Shown here: positions 46,953-59,223 of the stretch, one piece after another
Layout of the letters: every line of letters begins with the position of its first letter
Numbering within the stretch: position 1 is the first letter of the stretch
Assembly (NCBI GenBank): GCA_032718475.1
Contig: JAUCBJ010000021.1
Span: 41,460-105,459, forward strand
DNA length: 64,000 nucleotides
DNA from: Nemertoderma westbladi
Taxonomy: Eukaryota; Animalia; Xenacoelomorpha
Direction: 5' to 3'
Made by a program: the position numbers and the translations under genes
The notes under the pieces: model-generated
Databases searched by the model: none
Seen by the model: only the letters and a program-made list of their open reading frames with translations
Told to the model about the DNA's origin: nothing

Positions 46953-47522
46953 TGTGACGGGATCCACCGAGGATCCCGGTTTATCCGGTTTCTAATCTAC
47001 GATCCCCACCGTGTGTATGTGAAAAGAGTTCTGATTGTTGGTTAATCAATGCATATAGATATAAGGGTATGATGAATGATAAGATATAGCACAGTTAAGG
47101 TGAACGATGTATAGTGTACTGAAGTGAAATGGTTTAATATTGTATGGCAGTAGACGGAGATGTGATTAGAGTTCCGGTACTACCCTAACTAACTGACTTA
47201 CTGAAGTGAATAAATTGGCACAACGATTGATAATATATATTGCACTGGTTGGCCGCATTACATTACTCAGTTGATGCCTTCCCCCCATTGGCTAATAACT
47301 CACTTCTCGCCTCCCATCTCTCTGGGAGTGTTTTCCCTCCCCACTGCTGTTATTCTCTCTCTCGGAGGTATAACCTCTGACCCCCTTTGTGTGTTCCCTT
47401 CTGGGTTTGTCGCCCCGTTTATTGGGGTGACACGAGGTTGATTGGTAACCAACCTCGTGCTCCCAATATTGCTTAAAACCAACTTTGTGTGGGCATGGTT
47501 AGCGGAATTGAATACGCTAACA
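46953..47522 (-). repeat. 5' LTR of BEL element 2
   Basis: TGTTAGCG...CCCGTCACA on the minus strand, followed by GTGATTAGAGCCAAG (no canonical TGG PBS). Confidence 0.95.
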
Positions 47523-47879
47523 TATTAATTGCTAAAAAATATATTATAATTCGAAATATTTTGAGCTTGGATCGTCTTCTTTTATTTATCTTCATTTTTT
47601 TTTACAGGATGCTTATTTATACACAGTACAACAAAATTAAATACCAAGATTATTAGATAGGTTGATCACAAAAAAAATATAATATAATATAGATTAAAAT
47701 AAGGTAAGTAGATATAAATGTTTTGTGATTTTCTATAAGTTTATAAGAGTAAATTAACAAACATTACAATGTAAATTACAACAGAACGGATGCTGAGTGG
47801 CAATATCATTTCTCTGACACTTGCAGTGCCTGTCTATTGGAATCATTGACAGCCCCACCAACACTGCTGTTTGTTATGA

Positions 47880-49130
47880 CATTGAGTGTTAATGAGCCAG
47901 TGGTAAGGGAGTGGTGTCTGAGCAGTAAATGATTCTGATTATTGTTGATTGTGAATGACTCAACTGGTGTTTATGAATGACACTACTAGGAGTTTTTTCG
48001 ATTGGGCTGCGGAAATTGGTTACAATCCCGAACCCAGAAAAAGATTTCTAATTCCTAATAATAAAACCAGGGCTGTATATCGAGTCAGGGGCAGTATTTG
48101 GTCCATCAGGTGTACAGTTGGTGACAGGTCAGCGATTTCTCAGCTGGTAGACGAGTACAACATCACCCCAATCTGTTCCACACTTTCTCATGAGTTTCTA
48201 CCTTCATTGTTTGGCATTAGGCATGGAGCATCAGAGGAAGACTTACCTCTCCTTCCAATATGCCATGTGGGAGTTGGGTTGTGTGATCCACAGATGCGGG
48301 TCAGTCCAGCATCGACAGCTTCTATTGAAGGGACCTCACTAGTTTCTGAGGCTATCCATTCTGGCCAACCACTTCATGTCTCTAACCATATCAAAAAAAT
48401 TATGGAGCTCCTAAAGGTTTCTCGTATGGAACAAGATGAGGCATACAAGTTGAGACTGGAAACAGCAGTGGATACACTCCCACAATCCAAGCACCAACCA
48501 ACCAGTGGAAGTGTGAGGGTTATGGAGTCCACTTCACCACATCCCATGCACTGAGCTGTAATTCTGGTTGATTTATCATAAAGCGCCATGACGAGATAGT
48601 GGAGGTCTTCGGTGACTTAATAGCCACAGCAGTTGGTGGATCTAGCATCGAGAGGGTCACAAAGTCAGGAGAGTGTGGGCAGACCAGGTAGCAAGGGGAG
48701 TTTGGACAAATCAGAGGGTGACGTAGTTTAATTAACACGATTATTAACACAGACATCACCTCATAAGTCGGAACTAACTGTTGTCCAGAGTCTTTGCTCA
48801 AAGAATGTGCCAGATGCAAAAAGGACCATTACCGGACAAGTGTGACGACTGTAGTATGTATACATTTACACCAATCACTCGCAGAAACTTCAGATGGTGT
48901 CTGGTGCCATGAACCAGAAGTCTTCATAAGACACCTGGTGAAGACTTGTTATGAGACGGGGCACAATGCTGGAGTGTAGTCTAGTGGTTGTACTCAGAGG
49001 TATTAGAATGAGAATACTTGCACTTCAAGGTCAATTATCCCTTTACCTTAGGGGCAGCCTTAGGGGTCATTCTTGGTGTGCTTTGGTGACGGTGTCGGTC
49101 TACAGGTGCAAAACCTGACCAGCCACCCTA
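47880..49130 (+). mobile_element. decayed RLE-type non-LTR retrotransposon (CRE-like)
   Basis: GYNPEPRKRFLI, LPICHVGVGLCDP and, in another frame, FIIKRHDEIV (~48570-48602). Many stops. Confidence 0.65.
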
Positions 49131-49451
49131 TAGTAAACAGATAATAAGTGTAGTATTATAAATATTATGGTGGTTAGGTTTTTTATTATTATTTTAGCTT
49201 TGGTTCCGTTGCTGATTTTTTCTCATTAAATTTTGTTTTATAATATTATTATATTATAATAAATTATTATATTATATAAAATATTATTATAGTTTTTACA
49301 TTGAATATTATTCCTGGAATAAAAATAGTGTAATTATAATTAATAAGGGTATACCACATTAAAATATTTATTAAAAGATTTGATTACAATATTGGAATCA
49401 AAAGTAAATCTAGTAGTTAGTTAACTTCACAACAGTTATTTATAGCATTAC

Positions 49452-49577
49452 CTGAACAATTATATATACCATCTCCAGAATATCCCATGTTACAGGTACA
49501 ATTGTATCCTCCATAAGTATTTGTACAGAATGCATTCATGTGACAGTCATCTGTGTTGTCTAAACATTCATTTACAT
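49452..49577 (-). CDS. host gene Ca-binding EGF exon
   Basis: 126 bp, [50 protein letters not shown], phase 1-1. Confidence 0.9.
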
Positions 49578-49914
49578 CTAGAATGTAGAACAGTCGAAAT
49601 ACTCATGAAATAAATTAATTACACTAAAATTTAACCTCTACGTTTATTTGGGATGCTGATTCTCTGAGAATACATTTTAAATTCCCTTGAACACTATGGA
49701 TGAACGATAGGATTTGAATTATGTCATGAATTTCACAGATTGACTATTTATTATAAAGTTCTTAACATGGGTAATTTTGACAATGTTAAAAAAAATCATG
49801 TAACTACTAACTATTATACATAAATATGTCCAGATGGCAGGATATTGCCTAGTCTTTCAAAATGATCAGTCATTTAATTCGATGTCAACGTATTATGAAA
49901 AGATGTAGCATTAC

Positions 49915-50040
49915 CTGAACAGTTATATATACCATCTCCAGAATATCCCATGTTACAAGTACAATTGTATCCTCCATCTGTATTTGTACAGAATGCATTG
50001 TTGTGACAGTCATCTGTGTTGTCTAAACATTCATTTATAT
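49915..50040 (-). CDS. host gene Ca-binding EGF exon
   Basis: 126 bp, [46 protein letters not shown]. Confidence 0.9.
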
Positions 50041-51097
50041 CTAAAATGTAGAATAGTTAAAATATTAGTCAAAATACTAGTCTTTCATTTTATTTTAATT
50101 TGTATTAGAAATTATATCAAATTTTCCAGCTGATCTGATCCAAATCTCACATGGGATGACATGATATATTATATCGATATGATCCCTAATATTTGAAGAC
50201 CATGGCAATGCAAGGTGAAATATATAAGCAGTTCCAGTAAATTAATATAGCTATTGAGCATGATACCGCAGTTGTGTAGATTAATAGGCCCATCTTTGTT
50301 AGACATACATAAGTAGAACAGCAATGGCATTCCCCACTAGTAGTGGTAACTACAAAATGCAAGATGCAAGTACTTATCATTGTTTATTAATTCCACAGTA
50401 CCTTCTCTGTTTTTAAGCTTGTGATTGATGTCCATTTAATGTAGGTTTTAGGTACAGTTATAGATATCATGGACTGTGTTGGTATCCTTCGTGGGGTACA
50501 ACTACTGCCATGTCGAATGAGCTAGCACAGTGGGAATGATTGAGTATCCCATTCGAGTTGGTCTAAATATCTCATAGCCGGTTGCCATGGCACAATGCAT
50601 ACTTTGTGTTCTCCCACAGAAATGAAGATATGGTATGATTTCGCCTTTACTTCTCCAGCAGTGCCTCCTGAATCATGCATGCATGTGGAGTGATGGTGAT
50701 GATTGGTGTCCACGAAGGTGTTGTGCTAGTGGACCCAGCAACACAGCTTATGCAGCATATTGAGTAGTTGCTACAAGATTATTGTACCACAAAGCTCTAT
50801 ATTTTTGTTCAGTGTTGTCTACAGCTGATAATTAAGTGTGGCCCTTAGTAGAGTGGTGTAACAAGCATGCAGTTGTTGCTCAAGTGTTATTGTCAGTGTC
50901 CTGGTATAACCACCATATAAAATTACACTTTTCATTTATATTTAATAAATATAATATTCAAATAATTTACAATTTATATCAGTTTTACAGCTGATCAGAT
51001 CCCTATCTCCAATAGGAAATAATATAATATATCTCGAGGAGTGGTAGTTCTGTAGTTCACTATGGTGCAGGAGGAGGATAACAAATAAATGCATTAC

Positions 51098-51223
51098 CTG
51101 AACAATTATATATACCATCTCCAGAATATCCCATGTTGCAGGTACAATTGTATCCTCCATCTGTATTTGTACAGAATGCATTCATGTGACAGTCATCTGT
51201 GTTGTCTAAACATTCATTTACAT
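51098..51223 (-). CDS. host gene Ca-binding EGF exon
   Basis: 126-bp array copy with intact splice sites. Confidence 0.9.
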
Positions 51224-51560
51224 CTAGAATGTAGAACAGTCGAAATACTCATGAAATAAATTAATTACACTAAAATTTAACCTCTATGTTTATTTGGGAT
51301 GCTGATTCTCTGAGAATACATTTTAAATTCCCTTGAACACTATGGATGAACGATAGGATTTGAATTATGTCATGAATTTCACAGATTGACTATTTATTAT
51401 AAAGTTCTTAACATGGGTAATTTTGACAATGTTAAAAAAAATCATGTAACTACTAACCATTATACATAAATATGTCCAGATGGCAGGATATTGCCTAGTC
51501 TTTCAAAATGATCAGTCATTTAATTCGATGTCAACGTATTATGAAAAGATGTAGCATTAC

Positions 51561-51686
51561 CTGAACAGTTATATATACCATCTCCAGAATATCCCATGTT
51601 ACAAGTACAATTGTATCCTCCATCTGTATTTGTACAGAATGCATTGTTGTGACAGTCATCTGTGTTGTCTAAACATTCATTTATAT
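51561..51686 (-). CDS. host gene Ca-binding EGF exon
   Basis: 126-bp array copy with intact splice sites. Confidence 0.9.
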
Positions 51687-52754
51687 CTAAAATGTAGAAT
51701 AGTTAAAATATTAGTCAAAATACTAGTCTTTCATTTTATTTTAATTTGTATTAGAAATTATATCAAATTTTCCAGCTGATCTGATCCAAATCTCCACATG
51801 GGATGACATGATATATTATATCGATATGATCCCTAATATTTGAAGACCATGGCAATGCAAGGTGAAACATATAAGCAGTTCCAGTAAATGAATATAGCTA
51901 TTGAGCATGATACCGAAGTTATATAGAGTAATAATAGGCCCATCTTTGTTAGACATACATGAGTAGAACTAGCAATGGCATACCCCACTAGTAGTGGTAA
52001 CTACAAAATGCAAGATGCAAGTACTTATCATTGTTTATTAATTCCACAGTACCTTCTCTGTTTTTGAGCCTGTGATTGATGTCCATTGAATGTCGGTTTT
52101 AGGTACAGTTATAGATATCATGGACTGTGTTGGTATCCTTCGTGGGGTACAACTACTGCCATGTCGAATGAGCTAGCACAGTGGGAATGATTGAGTATCC
52201 CCTTCGAGTTGGTCTATATATCTCATAGCCGGTTGCCATGGCACAATGCATACTTTGTGTTCTCCCACAGAAATGAAGATCTGGTATGATTTCGCCTTTA
52301 CACTTCTCCAGCAGTGCCTCCTGAATCATGCATGCATGTGGAGTGATGGTGATGATCCTGGCGTGCCACGAAGGTGTTGTCCCAGTGGACCCAGCAACAC
52401 AGCTTATGCAGCATATTGAGTAGTTGCTACAGGATTATTGTACCACAAAGCTCGACGTTTTTGTTCAGTGTTGTCTACAGCTGATAATTAAGTGTGGCCC
52501 TTAGTAGAGTGGTGTAACAACCATGCATTTGTTGCTCAAGTGTTATTGTCAGTGTCCTGGTATAACCACCATATAAAATTACACTTTTCACTTATATTTG
52601 ATTAATATAATATTCAAATAATATTACAATTTATATCAGTTTTACAGCTGATCAGGTCCCTATCTCCAATAGGAAATAATATAATATATCTCGAGGAGTG
52701 GTAGTTCTGTAGTTCACTATGGTGCAGGAGGAGGATAACAAATAAATGCATTAC

Positions 52755-52880
52755 CTGAACAATTATATATACCATCTCCAGAATATCCCATGTTGCAGGT
52801 ACAATTGTATCCTCCATCTGTATTTGTACAGAATGCATTCATGTGACAGTCATCTGTGTTGTCTAAACATTCATTTACAT
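52755..52880 (-). CDS. host gene Ca-binding EGF exon
   Basis: 126-bp array copy with intact splice sites. Confidence 0.9.
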
Positions 52881-53210
52881 CTAAAATGTAGAATAGTCGA
52901 AATACTCATGAAATAAATTAATTACACTAAAATTTAACCTCTACGTTTATTTGGGATGCTGATTCTCTGAGAATACATTTTAAATTCCCTTGAACACTAT
53001 GGATGAACGATAGGATTTGAATTAGGTCATGAATTTCACAGATGGACTATTTATTATAAAGTTCTTAACATGGGTAATTTTGACAAAGTTTAAAAAAGTC
53101 ATGTAACTATTATACATAAATATGTCGAGATGGCAGGATATTGCCAAGTCTTTCAAAATGATCAGTCATTTAATTCGATGTCAACGTATTATGAAAAGAT
53201 ATAGCATTAC

Positions 53211-53336
53211 CTGAACAGTTATATATACCATCTCCAGAATATCCCATGTTGCAGGTACAATTGTATCCTCCATCTGTATTTGTACAGAATGCATTGTTGT
53301 GACAGTCATCTGTGTTGTCTAAACATTCATTTATAT
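53211..53336 (-). CDS. host gene Ca-binding EGF exon
   Basis: 126-bp array copy with intact splice sites. Confidence 0.9.
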
Positions 53337-53375
53337 CTAAAATGTAGAATAGTTAAAATATTAGTCAAAATACTA

Positions 53376-53663
53376 AAAGTAAAGTAAAAGTAAATTTTCT
53401 TCGGCCGCTAGGCCAGGGATTACACACAAAGTCTGATGACTTATTTCCAGTGCGGTCCGTCCCCCAGAACTTTACTCCCCAGAGGAAACTCCAGTACTCA
53501 TTTAGCTACCACTTAAGGATGCAAGGCAGAGATGCGCCCTGGCTGGTCCCTTTAAAGCATTCGCGCCGAAACGAAAACTGCCCTGGTCCATGTGAGGATC
53601 GAACCCACGACCTACAGGAGATGTGAATTCAATGCAACCACTACACCAAGGTGGAACACCATT
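53376..53663 (-). mobile_element. tRNA-derived SINE (288 bp)
   Basis: Absent from the other array units. ATACTA TSD (53370-53375 and 53664-53669), minus-strand A box TGGTGTAGTGG, B box GGTTCGATCC and (TTTAC)n tail. Confidence 0.9.
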
Positions 53664-54702
53664 ATACTAGTCTTTCATTTTATTTTAATTTGTATTCGAA
53701 ATTATATCAAATTTTCCAGCTGATCTGATCCAAATCTCACACATGGGATGACATGATATATTATATCGATATGATCCCTAATAATTGAAGACCATGGCAA
53801 TGCAAGGTGAAACATATAAGCAGTTCCAGTAAATGAATATAGCTATTGAGCATGATACCGAAGTTATATAGAGTAATAAATAGGTCCGTCCATCTTTGTT
53901 AGAAATACATGAGTAGAATTACAACGGCATACCCCACTAGTAGTGGTAACTACAAAATGCAAGATGCAAGTACTTATCATTATTTATTAATTCCACAGTA
54001 CCTTCTCTGTTTATGAGCCTGTGATTGATATCCATAGAATGTCGGTTTTAGGTACATTTATAGATATCATGGACTGTGTTGGTATCCTTCGTGGGGTACA
54101 ACTACTGCCATGTCGAATGAGCTAGCACAGTGGGAATGATTGAGTATCCCCTTCGAGTTGGTCTATATATCTCATAGCCGGTTGCCATGGCACAATGCAT
54201 ACTTTGTGTTCTCCCACAGAAATGAAGATCTGGTATGATTTCGCCTTTACACTTCTCCAGCAGTACCTCCTGAATCATGCATACATGTGGAGTGATGGTG
54301 ATGATCCAGGCGTGCCCGAAGGTGATGTCCCAGTGGATCCAGCAACACAGCATATGCAGCATATTGAGTAGTTGCTACAGGATTATTGTACCACAAAGCT
54401 CGACGTTTTTGTTCAGTGTTGTCTACAGCTGATAATTAAGTGTGGCCCTTAGTAGAGTGGTGTAACAACCATGAATTTGTTGCTCAAGTGTTATTGTCAG
54501 TGTCCTGGTATAACCACCATATAAAATTACACTTTTCACTTATATTTGATTAATATAATATTCAAATAATATTACAAATTATATCAGTTTTACAGCTGAT
54601 CAGGTCCCTATCTCCAAAAGGAAATCATATAATATATCTCGAGGAGTGGTAGTTCTGTAGTTCACTATGGTGCAGGAGGAGGATAACAAATAAATGCATT
54701 AC

Positions 54703-54828
54703 CTGAACAATTATATGTACCATCTCCAGAATATCCCATGTTGCAGGTACAATTGTATCCTCCTTCTGTATTTGTACAGAATGCATTCATGTGACAGTCA
54801 TCTGTGTTGTCTAAACATTCATTTACAT
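54703..54828 (-). CDS. host gene Ca-binding EGF exon
   Basis: 126-bp array copy (TNTEGGY variant) with intact splice sites. Confidence 0.9.
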
Positions 54829-55166
54829 CTAGAATGTAGAACAGTCGAAATACTCATGAAATAAATTAATTACACTAAAATTTAACCTCTACGTTTATTT
54901 GTGATGCTGATTCTCTGAGAATACATTTTAAATTCCCTTGAAAACTATGGATGAACGATAGGATTTGAATTAGGTCATGAATTTCACAGATGGACTATTT
55001 ATTATAAAGTTTTTAACATGGGTAATTTTGACAAAGTTAAAAAAAAGTCATGTAACTATTATAAATATGTCCAGATGGCAGGATATTGCCTAGTAGTGAG
55101 GCAGTCTTTCAAAATGATCAGTCATTTAATTCGATGTCAACGTATTATGAATAGATATAGCATTAC

Positions 55167-55292
55167 CTGAACAGTTATATATACCATCTCCAGAATATCC
55201 CATGTTGCAAGTACAATTGTATCCGCCATCTGTATTTGTACAGAATGCATTCATGTGACAGTCATCTGTGTTGTCTAAACATTCATTTATAT
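55167..55292 (-). CDS. host gene Ca-binding EGF exon
   Basis: 126-bp array copy with intact splice sites. Confidence 0.9.
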
Positions 55293-56340
55293 CTAAAATG
55301 TAGAATAGTTAAAATATTAGTCAAAATACTAGTCTTTCATTTTATTTTAATTTGTATTATAAATTATATCAAAATTCCAACTGATCTGATCCAAATCTCA
55401 CACATGGGATGACATGATATATTATATCGATATGATCCCTAATAATTGAATACCATGGCAATGCAAGGTGAAACATATAAGCAGTTCCAGTAAATGAATA
55501 TAGCTATTGGGCATGATACCGAAGTTATATAGAGTAATACATAGGTCCATCTTTGTTAGAAATACATGAGTAGAATTACAACGGCATACCCCATTTGTAG
55601 AGGTAACTACACAATGCAAGTACTTAACATTATTTATTAATTCCACAGTGCCTCCTCTGTTTATGAGCCTGTGATTGATATCCATATAATGTAGATTTTA
55701 GGTAAGACATAGCTGTCACTGACTGTATTGGTATCCTTCCTGGGGTACAACTACTACCATGTCGAATGAGCTAGCACAGTGGAAATGATGAGTAACCCCT
55801 TCTAGTTGGTCTACATATGTGTCATAGTCGGTTGCCATGGCACAATGCATACCTTGTGTTCTCCCCCAGAAACGAAGATCTGGTATGATATCGCCGTTAC
55901 TTCTCCAGCAGTGCCTCCTGAATCATGCATACATGTGAAGTGATGGTGATGATTGGCGTCCACGAAGCTGTTGTGCCAGCGGACCCAGCAACACAGCATA
56001 TGCAGCATATTGAGTATTTGCTACAGGATTATTGTACCATAAAGCTCAGTTTTTGTCACCATGTTGTCTCGTGCTGATGTTTAGTGTGGCCCTTAATAGA
56101 GTGGTATAACAACCATGCATTTGTTGCTCAATTGCTATTGTCAGTGTCCTGGTATAACCACCATATATAATTACACTTTTCACTTGATTTATATTATATT
56201 CAAATAATATTATTACAAATTATATCAGTTTTACAGCTGATCAGGTCCCTATCTCCAATAGGAAATCATACAATATATCTCGAGGAGTGGTAGTTCTGTA
56301 GTTCACTATGGTGTAGGAGGATAACAAATAAATGCATTAC

Positions 56341-56466
56341 CTGAACAATTATATATACCATCTCCAGAATATCCCATGTTGCAGGTACAATTGTATCCTC
56401 CATCTGTATTTGTACAGAATGCATTCATGTGACAGTCATGTGTGTTGGTTAAACATTCATTTATAT
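56341..56466 (-). CDS. host gene Ca-binding EGF exon
   Basis: [48 protein letters not shown] acceptor, GTAATG donor. Confidence 0.92.
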
Positions 56467-56855
56467 CTAAAATGTAAAAAATTTGGTTATTTTTATAAAC
56501 ATACAACGGTACATGTCAGAATCCAGGTAATAATTTTAGTTCCCCTGTTTCACAAGCGGATGATAAATGACATTAATGATTATTTATTATAAACAAATAA
56601 TATAATAATATTGACTCATAACAACAAATAATCAATCAGTCAATTGTTTAAAATAAAGAGAAGATGAACAGACAAGACAATGCAATAACAATAACAATAT
56701 TACTGATGATACATAATGATTTGAGAAATAATTATAAAATAAGCAAAGCAAAGAGTTGATTTTATATAGCATGGATGCAGTCAGATACAAACAAGTCTTA
56801 TAGGGCTGGTTAATACGAAGAATAATTGTTACAAATAGGAGCTAAGTAGTACCTA

Positions 56856-57271
56856 TAATATATATTTTGAATTAATATTATAATTCATTATCCATTATAT
56901 CTAAACTAAACATTGTATATACTACGATGAAATAATATTTAAAATTATTTGGAAGTTGGTAATGCCAAATCATAGCACAATAAAATAATACAGCAATAAC
57001 TCAATCGCAAAACAAACCTAGCTATAAAAACAAAGTTAGTTTAGGATAGAAACTTTCTGTTTAATATTTTTTTAGTAGCCGACTGATATATTCAAATTAT
57101 AGCTAGGTCTATTTGCAGATTGTGCTTTTGCTGTATTATTTTATGGTGCTATTTAATTTGTCATTAGCAAATGCCAAATAATCTTATAACATCATAGCAA
57201 ATGTAGTATATAATGTTTAGTTTAGTTATAATTAAATTAAATTATAAATTATATTAATTTGAAATATATTA
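56856..57271. mobile_element. decayed palindromic MITE-like element
   Basis: Imperfect long inverted arms: CTAAACTAAACATT/AATGTTTAGTTTAG, TAAAATAATACAGCAA/TTGCTGTATTATTTTA and ACCTAGCTATAA/TTATAGCTAGGT. Confidence 0.65.
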
Positions 57272-57489
57272 GCTGCGCTTAATTATATTTAATACACCAT
57301 GGAAGTGGTAGAATTGTAAAAAACTCTATAATCGCTCAAAAAATAAATTAATTAAAAATTAATTAAATGTGAGGGAACTTTGTTTCTTTTGTTTTTGTTA
57401 TGAGGAATAAAATGTTTAATTACATGTTTAATATATTAGTACATCACAGTTTGTTATTGTCACAGCAAGTTGAACAATATAAGTACCCA

Positions 57490-57703
57490 GACTGTTGCAC
57501 ACTGACTGTTGCACCCAGACTGTTGCAGCCTGAATGTGGCACCCTGACTGTTGCAACCTCACTGTTGCACCCTGACTGATGCAGCCTGACTGATGCACCC
57601 TGACTGTTGCACCCTGAATGTTGCACACTGACTGTTGCACCCTGACTGTTGCACCCTGACTGTTGCACCCTGACGATTGCACCCTGACCTTTGCACCCTG
57701 CCT
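57490..57703. repeat. 14-bp minisatellite, about 15 copies
   Basis: Unit CTGACTGTTGCACC. Confidence 0.95.
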
Positions 57704-58207
57704 GTGTGTTTCTAATTCAAGGCAAACAATTATGGGTTCATCATCATAATGATATTATTATGATAATAATTATACATTATTAAGTTTATTGTAATCAGTT
57801 CAATGATACAGGAATTCAAATAGATCGGTTGGCCTATTGATTTATTATAAGTGATGATGGATGATGTATTGGAATAGTAGATACATTGATGAACATACAC
57901 ATAAAACCTTTCTAGGCAATATTAACATGTTGTGCGGCATTTGCAATGAAAAGCCTTTGAAAAGCAGTACAATTAGTAGACCAGGTAACTTCTACCACAG
58001 TTCAGAGTTCAATAAATTTAGATACTACGGCAGTCTGATTGTGTATATAATTTCTAAACTTTTGATAGAGTACATGTAGTAACGATGGCTATCTATGATG
58101 TTCCACTAATTACACCACTAAGCAAAGGCTCAGTTAGAATACGTGGCTCGCTCCAAAATATCATAAAATTTCAAATTTTATTACAATAAGTAATTTTACC
58201 TCCCTAC

Positions 58208-58360
58208 CTGTGCAGTTAATTCCAATCTCCGGTATATACATATATTCAACATGTCCGGTGTATCCAGGCTTGCAACTGCAGTTATAACCTCCATCAATAT
58301 TCGTGCAATATTCAGTGGTTGTGGTGCAGTTGTGTGTATTATCAAGACATTCATTAATAT
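58208..58360 (-). CDS. host gene Ca-binding EGF exon (extended last loop)
   Basis: DINECLDNTHNCTTTTEYCTNIDGGYNCSCKPGYTGHVEYMYIPEIGINCT, TTTCAG acceptor, GTAGGG donor, 153 bp. Confidence 0.88.
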
Positions 58361-59223
58361 CTGAAACATATATATAAACGATGGTGGATGTAATCATGTT
58401 TGCATCATTGCATCTCATATTAATTGTTGAGAATAGGTCAGTCGATCTTCAAAAATGAATATCCATTACAGTTAATTATAAAGTTCTAAAGCCTATCTAT
58501 TATTTATATTCCCAAGTCACATTCCCTCATTCCAAAGTAAAGTACGGGACATTCGTACACAATCTTGATCGTTGATGGCCTGTACAACGTTATCCACAGC
58601 ACATATCCACACAAAATTTTCACTCTATGAATGGTATTGACATGTAAACCAATAAAAAATTTGTGTGCAAGTGGAGTTTTAGGCCAATAATTTGAAAAAT
58701 AAATATAAAATTTGATTTTTTGGTTAAAATTGTGTATTGTTATCATCAATATTCCCTCTAGGATATTTATTGGTCAGTATTTCTAGCCCATTGACTGAAT
58801 ATTTTAAACAATTTGATTAAAAAATGACGGAGGAGTAACATTTAGAGTGAAAATCATAAATTTTGAATAAAATTGGCAGGAAATTCAAATTGTTTTCCTT
58901 GAAAATCACTATAAGAACAAACTAATAATAGGGCCTACATAAATACGTTCAATTCAAATACAAACTTTGAATTCTCCAAAAACTGGAGGTGTCTCCCACC
59001 AAAAGAGGGTGAACCCGCCTTAACTATTAAGAAATATATCTTTTTAAAATAAATTCAATTTTCGAATAAAATTAGATAGTGTAAGTCATAATCTAGCACA
59101 AGATTAGTTCTCGTATCCACTAAAATACTTACTAACGCAACGCCCGGATTATAAAACGGATCGGAATATAATATTATAAAGTGCTAGAGTAAGTCCTGAA
59201 GTAAATAGTTATTAATGATTTAC

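Larger units (their letters stand above)
36249..47522 (-). mobile_element. BEL/Pao LTR element 2, structurally complete, non-autonomous (no RT/RNase H/IN), with 3' accessory ORF
   Basis: Two ~570 bp TG...CA LTRs, 5-bp TSD TATTA (36244-36248 and 47523-47527), PPT at 36818-36826, BEL gag-protease. Confidence 0.95.
49440..56480. repeat. tandem array of a ~1.65 kb unit with two EGF exons (4.5 units)
   Basis: Equivalent exon ends at 49452, 51098, 52755, 54703 and 56341. Introns are near-identical between units. Confidence 0.97.

Noticed and set aside
53590-53660. tRNA gene
   Set aside because: A and B boxes are present but there is no cloverleaf. It is the head of a TSD-flanked SINE.
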